DNA of 64,000 nt from Candidatus Acidiferrales bacterium. GTDB taxonomy: Bacteria > Acidobacteriota > Terriglobia > Acidiferrales > UBA7541. The translations under genes and the position numbers were made by a program. The notes beneath the pieces were generated by a model, which had not been told where the DNA came from, did not search any database, and worked only from the letters and a program-made list of their open reading frames with translations. This document shows positions 9,374 through 18,856 of the stretch, piece by piece. The stretch lies in the NCBI GenBank assembly GCA_963738985.1, contig CAVTYP010000014.1:20907-84906 (forward strand), read 5' to 3'. Position 1 is the stretch's first letter. Each line of letters opens with the position of its first letter.

Positions 9374-11102
9374 CTATTTCGCGGCGCGATAGACGGTCTT
9401 GCCTGCGACCATGGTCCAGAGAATCTTTGCCTCACGCAACTGCTCCGGAGAAACGGTCAAAACGTCGCGGTCGATGGCGATAAGGTCGGCGCGTTTACCC
9501 GGCGCGATAGAACCGATGGTATCGAGCATGTTCATGGCGCGAGCGGAGTTGCGCGTGTAGGCGTAAAACATGGCTTGCCGCGGCATGTCTTGAGAAGCAT
9601 CCAGGACGCCCTTGGGCCCTTTGCGCGTGATGGCTTGGTAGATTCCCCAGAAAACGTTGGCGCTTGAGACGGGCCAGTCGCTGGCCCCGGAAATGATGCC
9701 GCCATTGTCGAGAATAGAGCGAGCGGGATATTGCCAATTGTAGACTTCCGGGTCCAGGTAGGGCTTTACGATGTCGATGGTGTCCACGCTGGCTTCGGCC
9801 CACAAAAGCTGCAAGCGCGCTGATTACCCCGAGTTCACGGAAACGCGGAAAATCGGGCGGGTCGACGAACTGCTCGTGCGTCAGGGTGTCGGGTAGGCCG
9901 GAGTTGCCGTTGGCTTTGCGCGCGGCCTCGATGCCATCGAGCGCGGCTTTCACGGCGCCGTCACCGAGCGCGTGAACGTGAATGATCAAGCCCTGCTTGT
10001 CGGCTGCGATGCAAAGCTCGTTAAACTTTTTCTGGTCGAACAGCAACTCACCATTTCGCCCCGTGTTTTTGTACGGCTTGGTGAGATTGGCGGTCTGCGA
10101 AGGATACTCCACAACGCCGTCGGCAAAAATCTTGATACCAGTGATGTGCAGATTGGCGATGCCTTTGTATTGTTCGCGCGTTTTCTGGACGCCGGCTAGT
10201 TCCGCGGTGGGATCCTTGGCGAGCACCCGAGGAAACGCGTCGACGATCGAGTTCAGTTCGCCGTGATCCGCGAGTAGTTTGTAAGCCTTCAGCACGTCTT
10301 CACTGGCTAAGGGATCGAGCCACGCCGTGATGCCGAGGCTGTAGTTGTATGCCAAAGCCGCGCGGGCAGACGCCAGAAGCTTTTCGTCACTGGGCTTGGG
10401 AAGTAACGGAGTAAGTTTTTTCGTGCCGGCATCGACGAGGAAACCGTTCGGTTCAGAGTTCTTACCTACTCCGTAGTAACTGCGTTCGCCTGCGGAAAGC
10501 GTCTTGACGTAGGCGCTGTCAATCCCGGCGCGCTTCAGCATTGCCGAATTCGCCCACGCGGTGTGGCCGTCCATTCCAAATAGCACGACTGGAACATTTG
10601 CGTAGGCGCCCGAGCTGAAATTTGCGTTGAGTTCACTGGTGTGGGACCAAAATTCCAGTGGCAAGCCAAAGACTTCCAGAAATTCGCCATTCATGCCCTT
10701 GCCGGACTTTCTTGCGTTCGCCGTGAATGCTACCAACTGACTCATGGTCTTGACGTTTTCGCTGGCGTCGGCGGAGATGCGATTCGTACCGCCTTCAATG
10801 GAGTGGCTGTGAGAGTCGATGAAGCCGGGAAACAGCGATTCGCCCTGCATATCGATGCGTTCGGCAGAGGCAGATGCGGCTTTGGTTACTTCAGGCAGGT
10901 TGCCAACCGCTACGATCTTGTCGCCGTGAATGGCGACCGCCGTTGCGTAAGGATTCTGCGGCTCGCCGGTAAAAACCTTGGCGTTGAAGAAAATGCGGTC
11001 GGCGGCTTCTTGTGGGAACGCGGGAGCGACAGTAAGACCAAAGATAAGAACGGCGATGAAGACGAACGAGCAACGGAAAGAAACGCGCGGAGAGAGGTTC
11101 AA
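9374..11102 (-). pseudogene. YtcJ-like metal-dependent amidohydrolase, interrupted by a frameshift near 9815-9822
   Basis: The N-terminal part starts at TTG 11102 and has signal-like FVFIAVLIFGLTVAPAFPQE, FPGFIDSHSHS and IHVHALGDGA. It reads to ...FRELGVIS. The C-terminal part (LQLLWAEAS...GKRADLIAIDRDV...) continues in another frame. The junction sits on a GCGCGC run at 9815-9820. Confidence 0.6.
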
Positions 11103-11169
11103 ACCAAAATCCTTTCTATGGAGAAAGTGGGATCGGAAATATCCCAAGTGCCGGAAGTATACATCGAAA

Positions 11170-12723
11170 TTAGTTCCACACTTTGAGCTTCGGCCACGCT
11201 TGCAAGAGCGGCATCTTGAAATCGTGGCAGACAAGGATGTCGTAGTGTTCCCAGCCCATGCCGTAATAGGGTGCGTTGCGCGGGCCGACGTCGACACTGC
11301 GGCACCAGTGCTGCGCGTCCTCGAGGTCCCATCCCAGCAAGATAATGCTTTCGCCGGTATAGTCTCGCGGGCCCCAATAATAGTAATTTTGGTGAGCGCT
11401 GATGGATTTTGGCAGGCCGTAGCGCGGTCCGAAAAAATCGATGGCGCCTGCTTCGCCATAATTTCCAGCCAGGATGGCGGTTTTGGCCCGCTGCTCGGCA
11501 GACAGGGAATTGTAAACGCCGGCAACGCTGGCCACCATTTCTTCCCAGCCAAATTGATCCGCAAAGTGCTGCGGAAGCATCCCTGTCATGGTGGTTTCGG
11601 TGCGCGTATTGGCGATGCCCAGCGCGTGCATATACGGCGAGATCTTGTCTGGCGGCAGTACGGGGAGGGCGAGAGGAACGGAAATCAAGCAGGCGGCAAC
11701 CACCGTGCACGGCAGAGCGCGACGTACCCAACGTAGCCGGGGTCGCGGTTCGGTGAGTGTTTCCCAGAACACGCCACCGGCGGCGAAAAGCACGGAATAA
11801 ATGGGAGCCAGGTAGTAGTCCTTGCCGTGCAGCGCCATCATCACACCAAGAAAAAACAGATAAGTGAAACCGAGAAAGCGAAACTGTTTCATGGAGCGAT
11901 GAAAAAGCAGAAAAGCCAAGCCAGCAATCCACACAAGGTCGGTAATGGGATTCAGCATCATGATCTGCTGCTTGATGAATGGAAGCGGCGGCAATTCGAT
12001 GTTCTTATGCGTGGCTTTGACGTTGCGCAGGTCCTCGAGGGTGGGGAAGTGGTGCGTGTATTGCCAAATGACGTTGGGCAGACAAATCGCGATGGCGATC
12101 GCCGCGGCGATCCAGAACCATTTGGTAGCGAAAAGCCTGCGCTGTGGCGTGAGAAGCAGTCCGGCAACGAGCGCGCCCAGAAAGAAGATTGTGGAGTGCT
12201 TGTTCAATAGGCCAAAACCAAGAAGCACGCCGCACCAGGCCAGCAGCTTGGGTTGTTGCCGATTGATGGCCAGCAACAAAACGTAGATGCAACCCATCCA
12301 GAAACATGGCTCCAACGGGTTCATGGCGAGGCGCGTGCCGTTGCCAAGAATGGTGGGAGCGAGCATCACGGCGGCGCAAGCCATACCGATGGCCCAGCGC
12401 CTTCCACCAAGTTCCCTGGTGATGTAACCAGTTAGAGCGACGTTGATGGCAAAACCGAATGCCGGCAGAAGGCGGATGGCATGAAGGGAATCGCCGAAGA
12501 GGTAGTGGCTGACGCGCGCCAACCACGGTGTGAGCGGAGCCATGTCGACATAGCCGAAGGCAAGATGCCGGCTGCAGGCGATGTAATAGAGTTCGTCGCG
12601 AAAATAGCCGTAGCGTCCACTGAATGCCACTTGCAGCAGAAACGCGAGAGCAGCGAACAGCCACGCGATGCGCATGGACAGGTTTGTAGCGCGTGGCGTG
12701 CTGGGAAGGGCGGCTTCCGTCAT
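11170..12723 (-). CDS. GT-C fold glycosyltransferase, family 39-like (ArnT/PMT-type)
   Basis: 517-aa polytopic membrane protein. The first-loop motif YGYFRDELYYIACSRHLAFGYVDMAPL is typical of GT39 (Asp-Glu in loop 1). Confidence 0.7.
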   Translation of the reverse strand: MTEAALPSTPRATNLSMRIAWLFAALAFLLQVAFSGRYGYFRDELYYIACSRHLAFGYVDMAPLTPWLARVSHYLFGDSLHAIRLLPAFGFAINVALTGYITRELGGRRWAIGMACAAVMLAPTILGNGTRLAMNPLEPCFWMGCIYVLLLAINRQQPKLLAWCGVLLGFGLLNKHSTIFFLGALVAGLLLTPQRRLFATKWFWIAAAIAIAICLPNVIWQYTHHFPTLEDLRNVKATHKNIELPPLPFIKQQIMMLNPITDLVWIAGLAFLLFHRSMKQFRFLGFTYLFFLGVMMALHGKDYYLAPIYSVLFAAGGVFWETLTEPRPRLRWVRRALPCTVVAACLISVPLALPVLPPDKISPYMHALGIANTRTETTMTGMLPQHFADQFGWEEMVASVAGVYNSLSAEQRAKTAILAGNYGEAGAIDFFGPRYGLPKSISAHQNYYYWGPRDYTGESIILLGWDLEDAQHWCRSVDVGPRNAPYYGMGWEHYDILVCHDFKMPLLQAWPKLKVWN

Positions 12724-12744
12724 TCGTCTGACTCCCGATTCGAA

Positions 12745-13068
12745 TCAGCTGAGTTCCGCAAGTAGGGCTTCCATTTCCGAACGAGCGTGTTGATTGCCTT
12801 GGCGAATCGCAGAATCAATGCCTTTGGACAAAGCGATCTTCGCTTCGTCGGCGCGATTATTCTGCGCGAGCATTTGCGCAAACATCTGGTAACCGGGCAC
12901 ATAGTCTGGATTCGTTTCGAGCAAGGTTCGAAAGTGGGATTCTGCGCCGGGCAGATCGCCTTCGCGGATACATTCGAGTGCGATGCCATAGCGCGAAAAA
13001 GCGTCATTAGGATTGCTGGCCAGAAACTCCTCAAGCTTTTGACGCCGGGTTTTCTTTTGGTCGGTCAT
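12745..13068 (-). CDS. small tetratricopeptide-repeat protein
   Basis: Start at the ATG at 13068 (MTDQKKTRRQKLEEF...). TPR-like helices DAFSRYGIALECIREGDLPGAESHFRTLLETNPDYVPGYQMFAQMLAQNN. Confidence 0.6.
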   Translation of the reverse strand: MTDQKKTRRQKLEEFLASNPNDAFSRYGIALECIREGDLPGAESHFRTLLETNPDYVPGYQMFAQMLAQNNRADEAKIALSKGIDSAIRQGNQHARSEMEALLAELS

Positions 13069-13199
13069 GGTGGTGTCCCGTATTATACGTGCAGTACAGT
13101 AACACCCAAAGAGGAGCGCACAGCCCTCTGCAACTGTACCCAACGATCGGACCAGAAAAGCAGACGACGAACGTTGCTACGGCGAAGAAAAGGACTGCG

Positions 13200-13715
13200 A
13201 TGAAGCGAAAAGATAGTGCGAAGACTGAACAGGCGCTAAAAGGGAAACCCGTGAGAGCGTCGGCATCTGAAATGGCAGAGGTGGTGCTCCCTGCGCAAAC
13301 TAATGCGCTGGGGAAATTGCTGGGCGGGCACGTAATGCACTTGGTCGATATTGTGGCGGCGATGGCGGCGAGCCGTCATGCGAACAGCTACATGGTGACG
13401 GCGTCGGTGGACTATATCGATTTCCAGAATCCGGTGAATTTAGGGGAGATCGTGATCCTGAAGTCGCACGTAAACCGCGTGTTCCACACCTCGCTGGAAA
13501 TCGGAGTGGAAGTTTATTCCGAGGATATTCTGACGGGCGAACGCAAGCAGACCACCACGGCGTACGTGACGTTTGTCGCCATCGATGAGCATTCTCGCTT
13601 GCCCAAACTCGTTCCTCCGTTGATTGTGAAAACGGCGGAAGAGAAACGGCGTTGGCGAGAAGCGGCAAAGCGGCGAGAGATTCGGTTGGCGCACCGGCAC
13701 AGGAAAACCCACTAG
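13200..13715 (+). CDS. hotdog-fold acyl-CoA thioesterase
   Basis: Internal ATG at 13200 preceded by aaaagga. Motif NALGKLLGGHVMHLVDIVAAMAASRH and the overall length fit YciA/BFIT-type thioesterases. Confidence 0.65.
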   Translation: MKRKDSAKTEQALKGKPVRASASEMAEVVLPAQTNALGKLLGGHVMHLVDIVAAMAASRHANSYMVTASVDYIDFQNPVNLGEIVILKSHVNRVFHTSLEIGVEVYSEDILTGERKQTTTAYVTFVAIDEHSRLPKLVPPLIVKTAEEKRRWREAAKRREIRLAHRHRKTH

Positions 13716-13727
13716 AATCGCTGGAGT

Positions 13728-15125
13728 TCAGTTGGCAAAACTGACGCGAATTTCATTGGCCACTTTTAACGCGTGCTCGACACAAGTACCAATGGCGGGT
13801 CCATTCAAAAAGTTTCCGACAATGTAGAGTCCTGGGAAATTGCCGCGCAGTTTGTCGATCGCGGCCAAGCGGGCGGTGTGGCCCAGATTGTACTGGGGAA
13901 TGGCGCGTGGCCAAATGGTGACATTCCGGAAGACAGGTTCCTTGCGCAAGCCTAAGAGCGGCGTGAGTTCGTTGTGAACTTGCGCAACGAGTTCCTCCGG
14001 TGATTGCTTCAGCGCGGCGGGATTGGTTGCGCCACCCACAAAGCTGGTGAGTAGAGCCTGACCATTGGGAGCGCGACCCGGAAAAAGCGACGAGTTCCAG
14101 ACAGACCCGAGGATCGCCAGTCCAGCGGAACGGGGCACGAGGAATCCGAAGCCATCGAGAGCATGCGCAACATCCTCTTTACGATAGCCCAGGGATACGA
14201 CGGCGATGCCGGCATAATCGATGCCGCAAAACGGTGCTTCGAAGCCGGGATTTAGTGACGCGAGAAGCTTGCCTGCCACGTTGGTGGGAACGGCAAGAAT
14301 CAGGCGCTCGGCTTCAATTACTTCTTCGCCCTTTGGTGTGCGCATCGTCGCGCGGAATCTGGGTGCGGCTGGCTCGGTGGCGGGATCGAGCGCTTCCAGA
14401 GAAACCACTTCAACATTGCAGTAAAGAGAATTGCCCAGGTGCTCGGACAGAGCGTCGATCAGCGATTCGTTGCCATCTTGAAAGGTTTGCAGCGTCGCTT
14501 TCTCACGAGGAGCGGTGCCCGCCGCAGCTTTGCGCGCCTTCATGATTTTCAAGGCACCGCGAATCACACTGCCGAAATTGTTCTCGGCCTCGTAGAGAAT
14601 AGGAAACGCAGCACGGAGGCTGAGCTTTTCCGGATCGCCGGCGTAAATGCCGGAGACAAACGGGCCGACAAGACGGTCGAGCAGTGTGGCCGAGAATTTT
14701 CTCCGCACAAACCCGGCAACGGACTCATCAGGTTCCGGAGGCGTGCTTTTGCCAAACATGTCGCGGAATAACGCGAGCCTGGTTCCCCCCGACAGCAGCG
14801 GTGAGGCGAGGATGCCCGGGCCCATGGGGACGAGTTGCAGTTTGCCGTTGATGAGGACGTATCGGGGAGCCTTCGGATCGGCAAGCAGGCGCTCGCTGAG
14901 CAGGCCAAGATCCGATGAAACAGAAGTGATAGCGGAGTTGCCGCTGAAACTCTGCGGGCCGCACTCCAGAAGGTAGCCGTCACGTTTCTCGGAATGAATC
15001 ACGCCACCGGCGCGTGCTGCCGAATCCACGACAATTGTAAGGATTCCCGATTTCTGCAAGGCAAACGCGGTGGCCAGGCCGGATATTCCGGCGCCAACGA
15101 CGAGGGCCTGGACCTGGTTGGGCAT
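13728..15125 (-). CDS. hemY: protoporphyrinogen/coproporphyrinogen oxidase (HemY family, FAD-dependent)
   Basis: N-terminal ALVVGAGISGLATAF FAD fold. 465 aa. Last gene of a hemE-hemN-hemY arrangement. Confidence 0.85.
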   Translation of the reverse strand: MPNQVQALVVGAGISGLATAFALQKSGILTIVVDSAARAGGVIHSEKRDGYLLECGPQSFSGNSAITSVSSDLGLLSERLLADPKAPRYVLINGKLQLVPMGPGILASPLLSGGTRLALFRDMFGKSTPPEPDESVAGFVRRKFSATLLDRLVGPFVSGIYAGDPEKLSLRAAFPILYEAENNFGSVIRGALKIMKARKAAAGTAPREKATLQTFQDGNESLIDALSEHLGNSLYCNVEVVSLEALDPATEPAAPRFRATMRTPKGEEVIEAERLILAVPTNVAGKLLASLNPGFEAPFCGIDYAGIAVVSLGYRKEDVAHALDGFGFLVPRSAGLAILGSVWNSSLFPGRAPNGQALLTSFVGGATNPAALKQSPEELVAQVHNELTPLLGLRKEPVFRNVTIWPRAIPQYNLGHTARLAAIDKLRGNFPGLYIVGNFLNGPAIGTCVEHALKVANEIRVSFAN

Positions 15126-15207
15126 CAGAATAATCTCCGCTCACGCAGCGCGACGGCGAAACCGGGCAGTCCGGCCCGGAGCATCTTAGGGCTTTCGCGC
15201 CGCGTAT

Positions 15208-16644
15208 TTAAAGTGTCTTCGAGAACAGCGGTTTGGAATCCAGATGCTGCTTCTCGAGATAAGGATCAAACACCATGGCGAGGTTGCGAATAAAAATTCG
15301 TCCCAGCCATGCGGTGCGGATTTCCTTGTCGTTGATCACGACCAGGCCATCGGCTTCCGGGGTTTTCAATCGCGCGAGTTCTGGAGCGAAGTACTCGTCG
15401 AAGTTTATATCGAACTGCTTGGAAATTTCATCCTTCACGATCACGGTGTGGCACAACAGGCGGCTGATGACCTCGCGGCGGATAGCGTCGTCGGGAGACA
15501 AGCGATAGCCGCGCATGGTGGCAATGCCGCGTTCCGCAACGGCTTTCTCCCAAGACGGGATGTCGCGATAGTTCTGCGCATACGTTTCCTGGATGCCGCT
15601 GATGGCGGTGATGCCCATGCCGTAGAGATCGGCTCCGGCCTTGGTGGTATAGCCCTGGAAATTGCGATGCAGGGTGCGATTCCGCTGCGAGACGGCAAGC
15701 TCGTCGTTTTCCTTGGCGAAGTGGTCCATGCCGATGTAAAGGTAGCCGGCTTCCAGAAATTTCAGCAGGCCACTGCGGAAAATGTCGAACTTCTGCATGC
15801 CTTCGGGCAAGTGCGCGACAAATGAACCTTGTTGCTTCTTCAGCCAGGGAACATGCGCATAGCTGAACATGGCGATGCGATCCGGTGACAATCCCACAAT
15901 CTGTTCCACTGTGTGCGCGAAACTGTCGGCGGTCTGATACGGCAGGCCGTAGATGAGGTCGACGTTGATGCTGTCGAATCCCAGTTGCCGTGCCGTCTGA
16001 ATCAGATCGCGGGTCTGTTCATAGGGCTGAATGCGGTGCACGGCCTTTTGAACCTCTTCCTTAAAATCCTGCACACCCATACTCAGGCGATTGAAACCCA
16101 TCCTGCGCACGGTCTCCAGATGTTCCCGGGTGGTGACCCGAGGATCGACTTCAATACCGATCTCGGCGTCGGGCGCAAACGTGAATCGTTCGCGCGTGAA
16201 ACCGAAAAGCTCCTCTATCTGTTCGGGCGAAAGATAGGTGGGTGTTCCGCCGCCCCAGTGGAATTGTGCCACTTGGCGATCGCGAGAAACGCTGCGGGCG
16301 ATGTGAGCCGTTTCTTTCTTCAGGATGTCGAGGTAAGGTGGGGTACCGCTCTTATCTTTGCGAATAATTACGTTACATGCGCAAAACAGGCAGAGGCTTT
16401 CACAGAACGGCAGATGCATGTATAGCGAAACAGGGGACTGCTTTTGGTCGGCCAAGGCGATCGCGGTTTCGAACTCGTTGGGTCCGAAAGAATCGGTCCA
16501 GACAGGCGCGGTTGGATAGCTGGTGTAGCGAGGTCCGGGCCGGTTGTAGCGATTGACGAATTCCTCGTCGACGGAAAGCTCCTGGCGCATTTCCCGCAGT
16601 GTCGGGTTGATGATGGGCACGGCGCGAACCTCCTGAGCGCTCAA
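15208..16644 (-). CDS. hemN: oxygen-independent coproporphyrinogen III oxidase (radical SAM)
   Basis: GPRYTSYPTAPVW N-terminal signature. CxxxCxxC in LPFCESLCLFCACN. HWGGGTPTYL. Confidence 0.9.
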   Translation of the reverse strand: MSAQEVRAVPIINPTLREMRQELSVDEEFVNRYNRPGPRYTSYPTAPVWTDSFGPNEFETAIALADQKQSPVSLYMHLPFCESLCLFCACNVIIRKDKSGTPPYLDILKKETAHIARSVSRDRQVAQFHWGGGTPTYLSPEQIEELFGFTRERFTFAPDAEIGIEVDPRVTTREHLETVRRMGFNRLSMGVQDFKEEVQKAVHRIQPYEQTRDLIQTARQLGFDSINVDLIYGLPYQTADSFAHTVEQIVGLSPDRIAMFSYAHVPWLKKQQGSFVAHLPEGMQKFDIFRSGLLKFLEAGYLYIGMDHFAKENDELAVSQRNRTLHRNFQGYTTKAGADLYGMGITAISGIQETYAQNYRDIPSWEKAVAERGIATMRGYRLSPDDAIRREVISRLLCHTVIVKDEISKQFDINFDEYFAPELARLKTPEADGLVVINDKEIRTAWLGRIFIRNLAMVFDPYLEKQHLDSKPLFSKTL

Positions 16645-17717
16645 AAGCGCGACTGTGCCACCTGGCTGGCATCGCTGATTGCGCCTTGCTGGCCTGTGTG
16701 GATGAACAGTTGGGCGTTTTCCACGGGCGTGTGTTGCAGAATCCCGTGGCCGAGATTGAGGATGTGGCCGATGCCAGCAAGTTCGTCGACGATGTCGAGT
16801 GTGGTCTGGCGGATCTTTTCTTTGGGTCCCAGAAGGATGGCGGGATCCAGATTACCCTGAAGCGCTACGCGAGGTCCGGCAATAGCGCGGAGTTCTTTGA
16901 GAGACACACGCCAGTCCACACTGAGGACGTTCGCGCCGGCCTTCGCAATGCCAGGCAGAAGATGATGCGAAGCTTTAGTGTAATAAATCACAGGAACAGC
17001 GCCGCCGAGCCCCGCGATGATTTCCTGCACGGCCGGCAAAACAAACTCGGTGTAATCGGCAAGGTTCAATTCGCCGCACCAGGTGTCAAACAGTTGCACC
17101 GCGCTGACACCCGCCGCGATCTGGCCCTTCAAATAAAGAGTGGTGGCTTTGGAAACCTTCTGCAACAAATCGCGAAAGACTTTGGGTTCGCGATAAAGAA
17201 AGCTCTTCACCGTGGCGAATCCTTCTTTGGTGCGGCCCTCGACCATGTAACACGCTAGGGTCCAAGGCGACGCCGCAAAACCCAACACCGGGACTTCAGG
17301 ACCGGCGTTCTTAATGGTGCGGCGCAGAGCCTCCATCAGGAAGCCCGTTTCTTTTTCAGGGTCGAAGATTCGCAGCTTTTTCACGTCCATCGCGGTACGC
17401 ACCGGATCCGGAAGATTCGGTCCCGCGTCACCTAGTTCCAGCTGAAGGCCCATGGCTTCGGCGGGAATCAGGATGTCAGAGAAAATGATGATGGCATCGA
17501 CGCCTAAGCGGCGAAATGGTTGCAGCGACACTTCCACAGCGAGGTCCGGCGTCTTGCAGACCTCCAGGAATGAGTGCTGCGCGCGGATTTCGCGGTATTC
17601 CGGAAGGTAGCGTCCCGCCTGGCGCATCATCCAAACGGGAATGCGGGGCACAGGTTCGCAGCGGCAAGCGCGCAGGAACAGTTCTTTGCGAGTCAATGAA
17701 GGGGCCTGTGTAGTCAT
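16641..17717 (-). CDS. hemE: uroporphyrinogen decarboxylase
   Basis: PVWMMRQAGRYLPEYR signature. 358 aa. 4-nt overlap with hemN. Confidence 0.9.
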   Translation of the reverse strand: MTTQAPSLTRKELFLRACRCEPVPRIPVWMMRQAGRYLPEYREIRAQHSFLEVCKTPDLAVEVSLQPFRRLGVDAIIIFSDILIPAEAMGLQLELGDAGPNLPDPVRTAMDVKKLRIFDPEKETGFLMEALRRTIKNAGPEVPVLGFAASPWTLACYMVEGRTKEGFATVKSFLYREPKVFRDLLQKVSKATTLYLKGQIAAGVSAVQLFDTWCGELNLADYTEFVLPAVQEIIAGLGGAVPVIYYTKASHHLLPGIAKAGANVLSVDWRVSLKELRAIAGPRVALQGNLDPAILLGPKEKIRQTTLDIVDELAGIGHILNLGHGILQHTPVENAQLFIHTGQQGAISDASQVAQSRF

Positions 17718-17825
17718 ATTTCTGTCTCTGCAAGGATAACAAATCTTCTGGAATCGCGCCCCGGAACCCGAACAGGGCGCAACGGGTCGTCATTGCATTC
17801 ACCGGGCTGCACGTTTCAAGAGAGA

Positions 17826-18722
17826 TCAGGCGTGATTGCTGCCGTTTTCCGGCAGTTTCGCCACGAACAGGCCAACCACGAAACTGCCGGATGCGAAGCC
17901 GGCGCGCATGGCATGGAACGCTTTCAGGGAGGAAATCAATTCGGTGGTATGTTTTGCGGCCAAAGCCCAGAACGCCTTGTCCATGATGAGATCCAAGCCG
18001 ATGTCCCAGCTCTTCGCACAATTCCGCGTGAGATCCTGGCGATGGATGACCTGCAGCCCGCTGGAAACCAGGAAGTCGTTGTACTCATTCATTCCGCGAA
18101 GTTCCACCATCATGCCTTCTTCAATTGGCTCGATGAATTTCTTTTTGTCTGCGGGTGAAATGTCTTCTTTTCGGAACCAGTCCGTGAGAGCGAAGCAGCC
18201 ACCGGGCTTCAGGAACTTCGCGGCCGAAGCAAAGAATTTGCGCGGATCATGATAGTGAGAAATCGATTCGACAGACCAAAGCAGATCAAACGGCTGCGCG
18301 AACATCATGTCCTCCGCGTCCATCAGCAAAAAGCTGGAGTCCAGGTTCAATTTGGCCGCCGCTTCCTTGGCCATTTGCACTTGGACAGGAGAAATGGTGA
18401 TGCCGGTGGTACTGGCGGAATACCTTTTTGCGAGGTATAGACTTGTGCCGCCAAAGCCGCAGCCGATGTCCAGAATGCGCAATCCGTTTTTTATGCCTGC
18501 GAGTTGCGCAAGATGTTCGATGAGCTGAATTTGCGCGGCTTCTTTCGTTTCATCGCCGCGGATCCAGTAACCATGGTGTATATGTTCGCCCCACAAGGAT
18601 TGGTAGTAGGGGCTAGTGAGATCGTAGTATTCAACAATCTTTTTTTTCTCGTTGACGCGAGGCATGACCACCGAGGGTCGCACAACGGCTTCCGAATTTG
18701 GGTTCTGAGACAGAAGAACCAT
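17826..18722 (-). CDS. class I SAM-dependent methyltransferase (gamma-tocopherol/sterol C-methyltransferase-like)
   Basis: YYDLTSPYYQSLWGEHIHHGYW pre-motif and SAM motif I LRILDIGCGFGGTS. The real start may be the internal MPRVNEKKK. Confidence 0.75.
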   Translation of the reverse strand: MVLLSQNPNSEAVVRPSVVMPRVNEKKKIVEYYDLTSPYYQSLWGEHIHHGYWIRGDETKEAAQIQLIEHLAQLAGIKNGLRILDIGCGFGGTSLYLAKRYSASTTGITISPVQVQMAKEAAAKLNLDSSFLLMDAEDMMFAQPFDLLWSVESISHYHDPRKFFASAAKFLKPGGCFALTDWFRKEDISPADKKKFIEPIEEGMMVELRGMNEYNDFLVSSGLQVIHRQDLTRNCAKSWDIGLDLIMDKAFWALAAKHTTELISSLKAFHAMRAGFASGSFVVGLFVAKLPENGSNHA

Positions 18723-18856
18723 TCTACCTCGGCAACGAGCAATGTCCAGTGCCGAAGCACGCGTCCCAGCCGATTGTATGGACTTTGCTCTCCTTGAGTG
18801 TAGAATTCTGTAGCGCTTGACGCCGCACGAATCCCGTCAATTGGGATGACGAAAAC

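Noticed and set aside
11103-11564. N-terminal extension of the amidohydrolase ORF (track ORF 9495-11564)
   Set aside because: The extension overlaps the 3' end of the GT39-like gene and reads as Arg/Ser/Cys-rich sequence. A TTG at 11102 immediately precedes a signal-peptide-like segment, so the gene most likely starts there.
15162-15179. Short GC hairpins in the hemN-hemY gap (ccgggc...gcccgg) and after the methyltransferase (17757-17781, gcgccc...gggcgc)
   Set aside because: The stems are only 6 bp, the loops are long or absent, and there is no convincing U-tract. This is too weak to call terminators.
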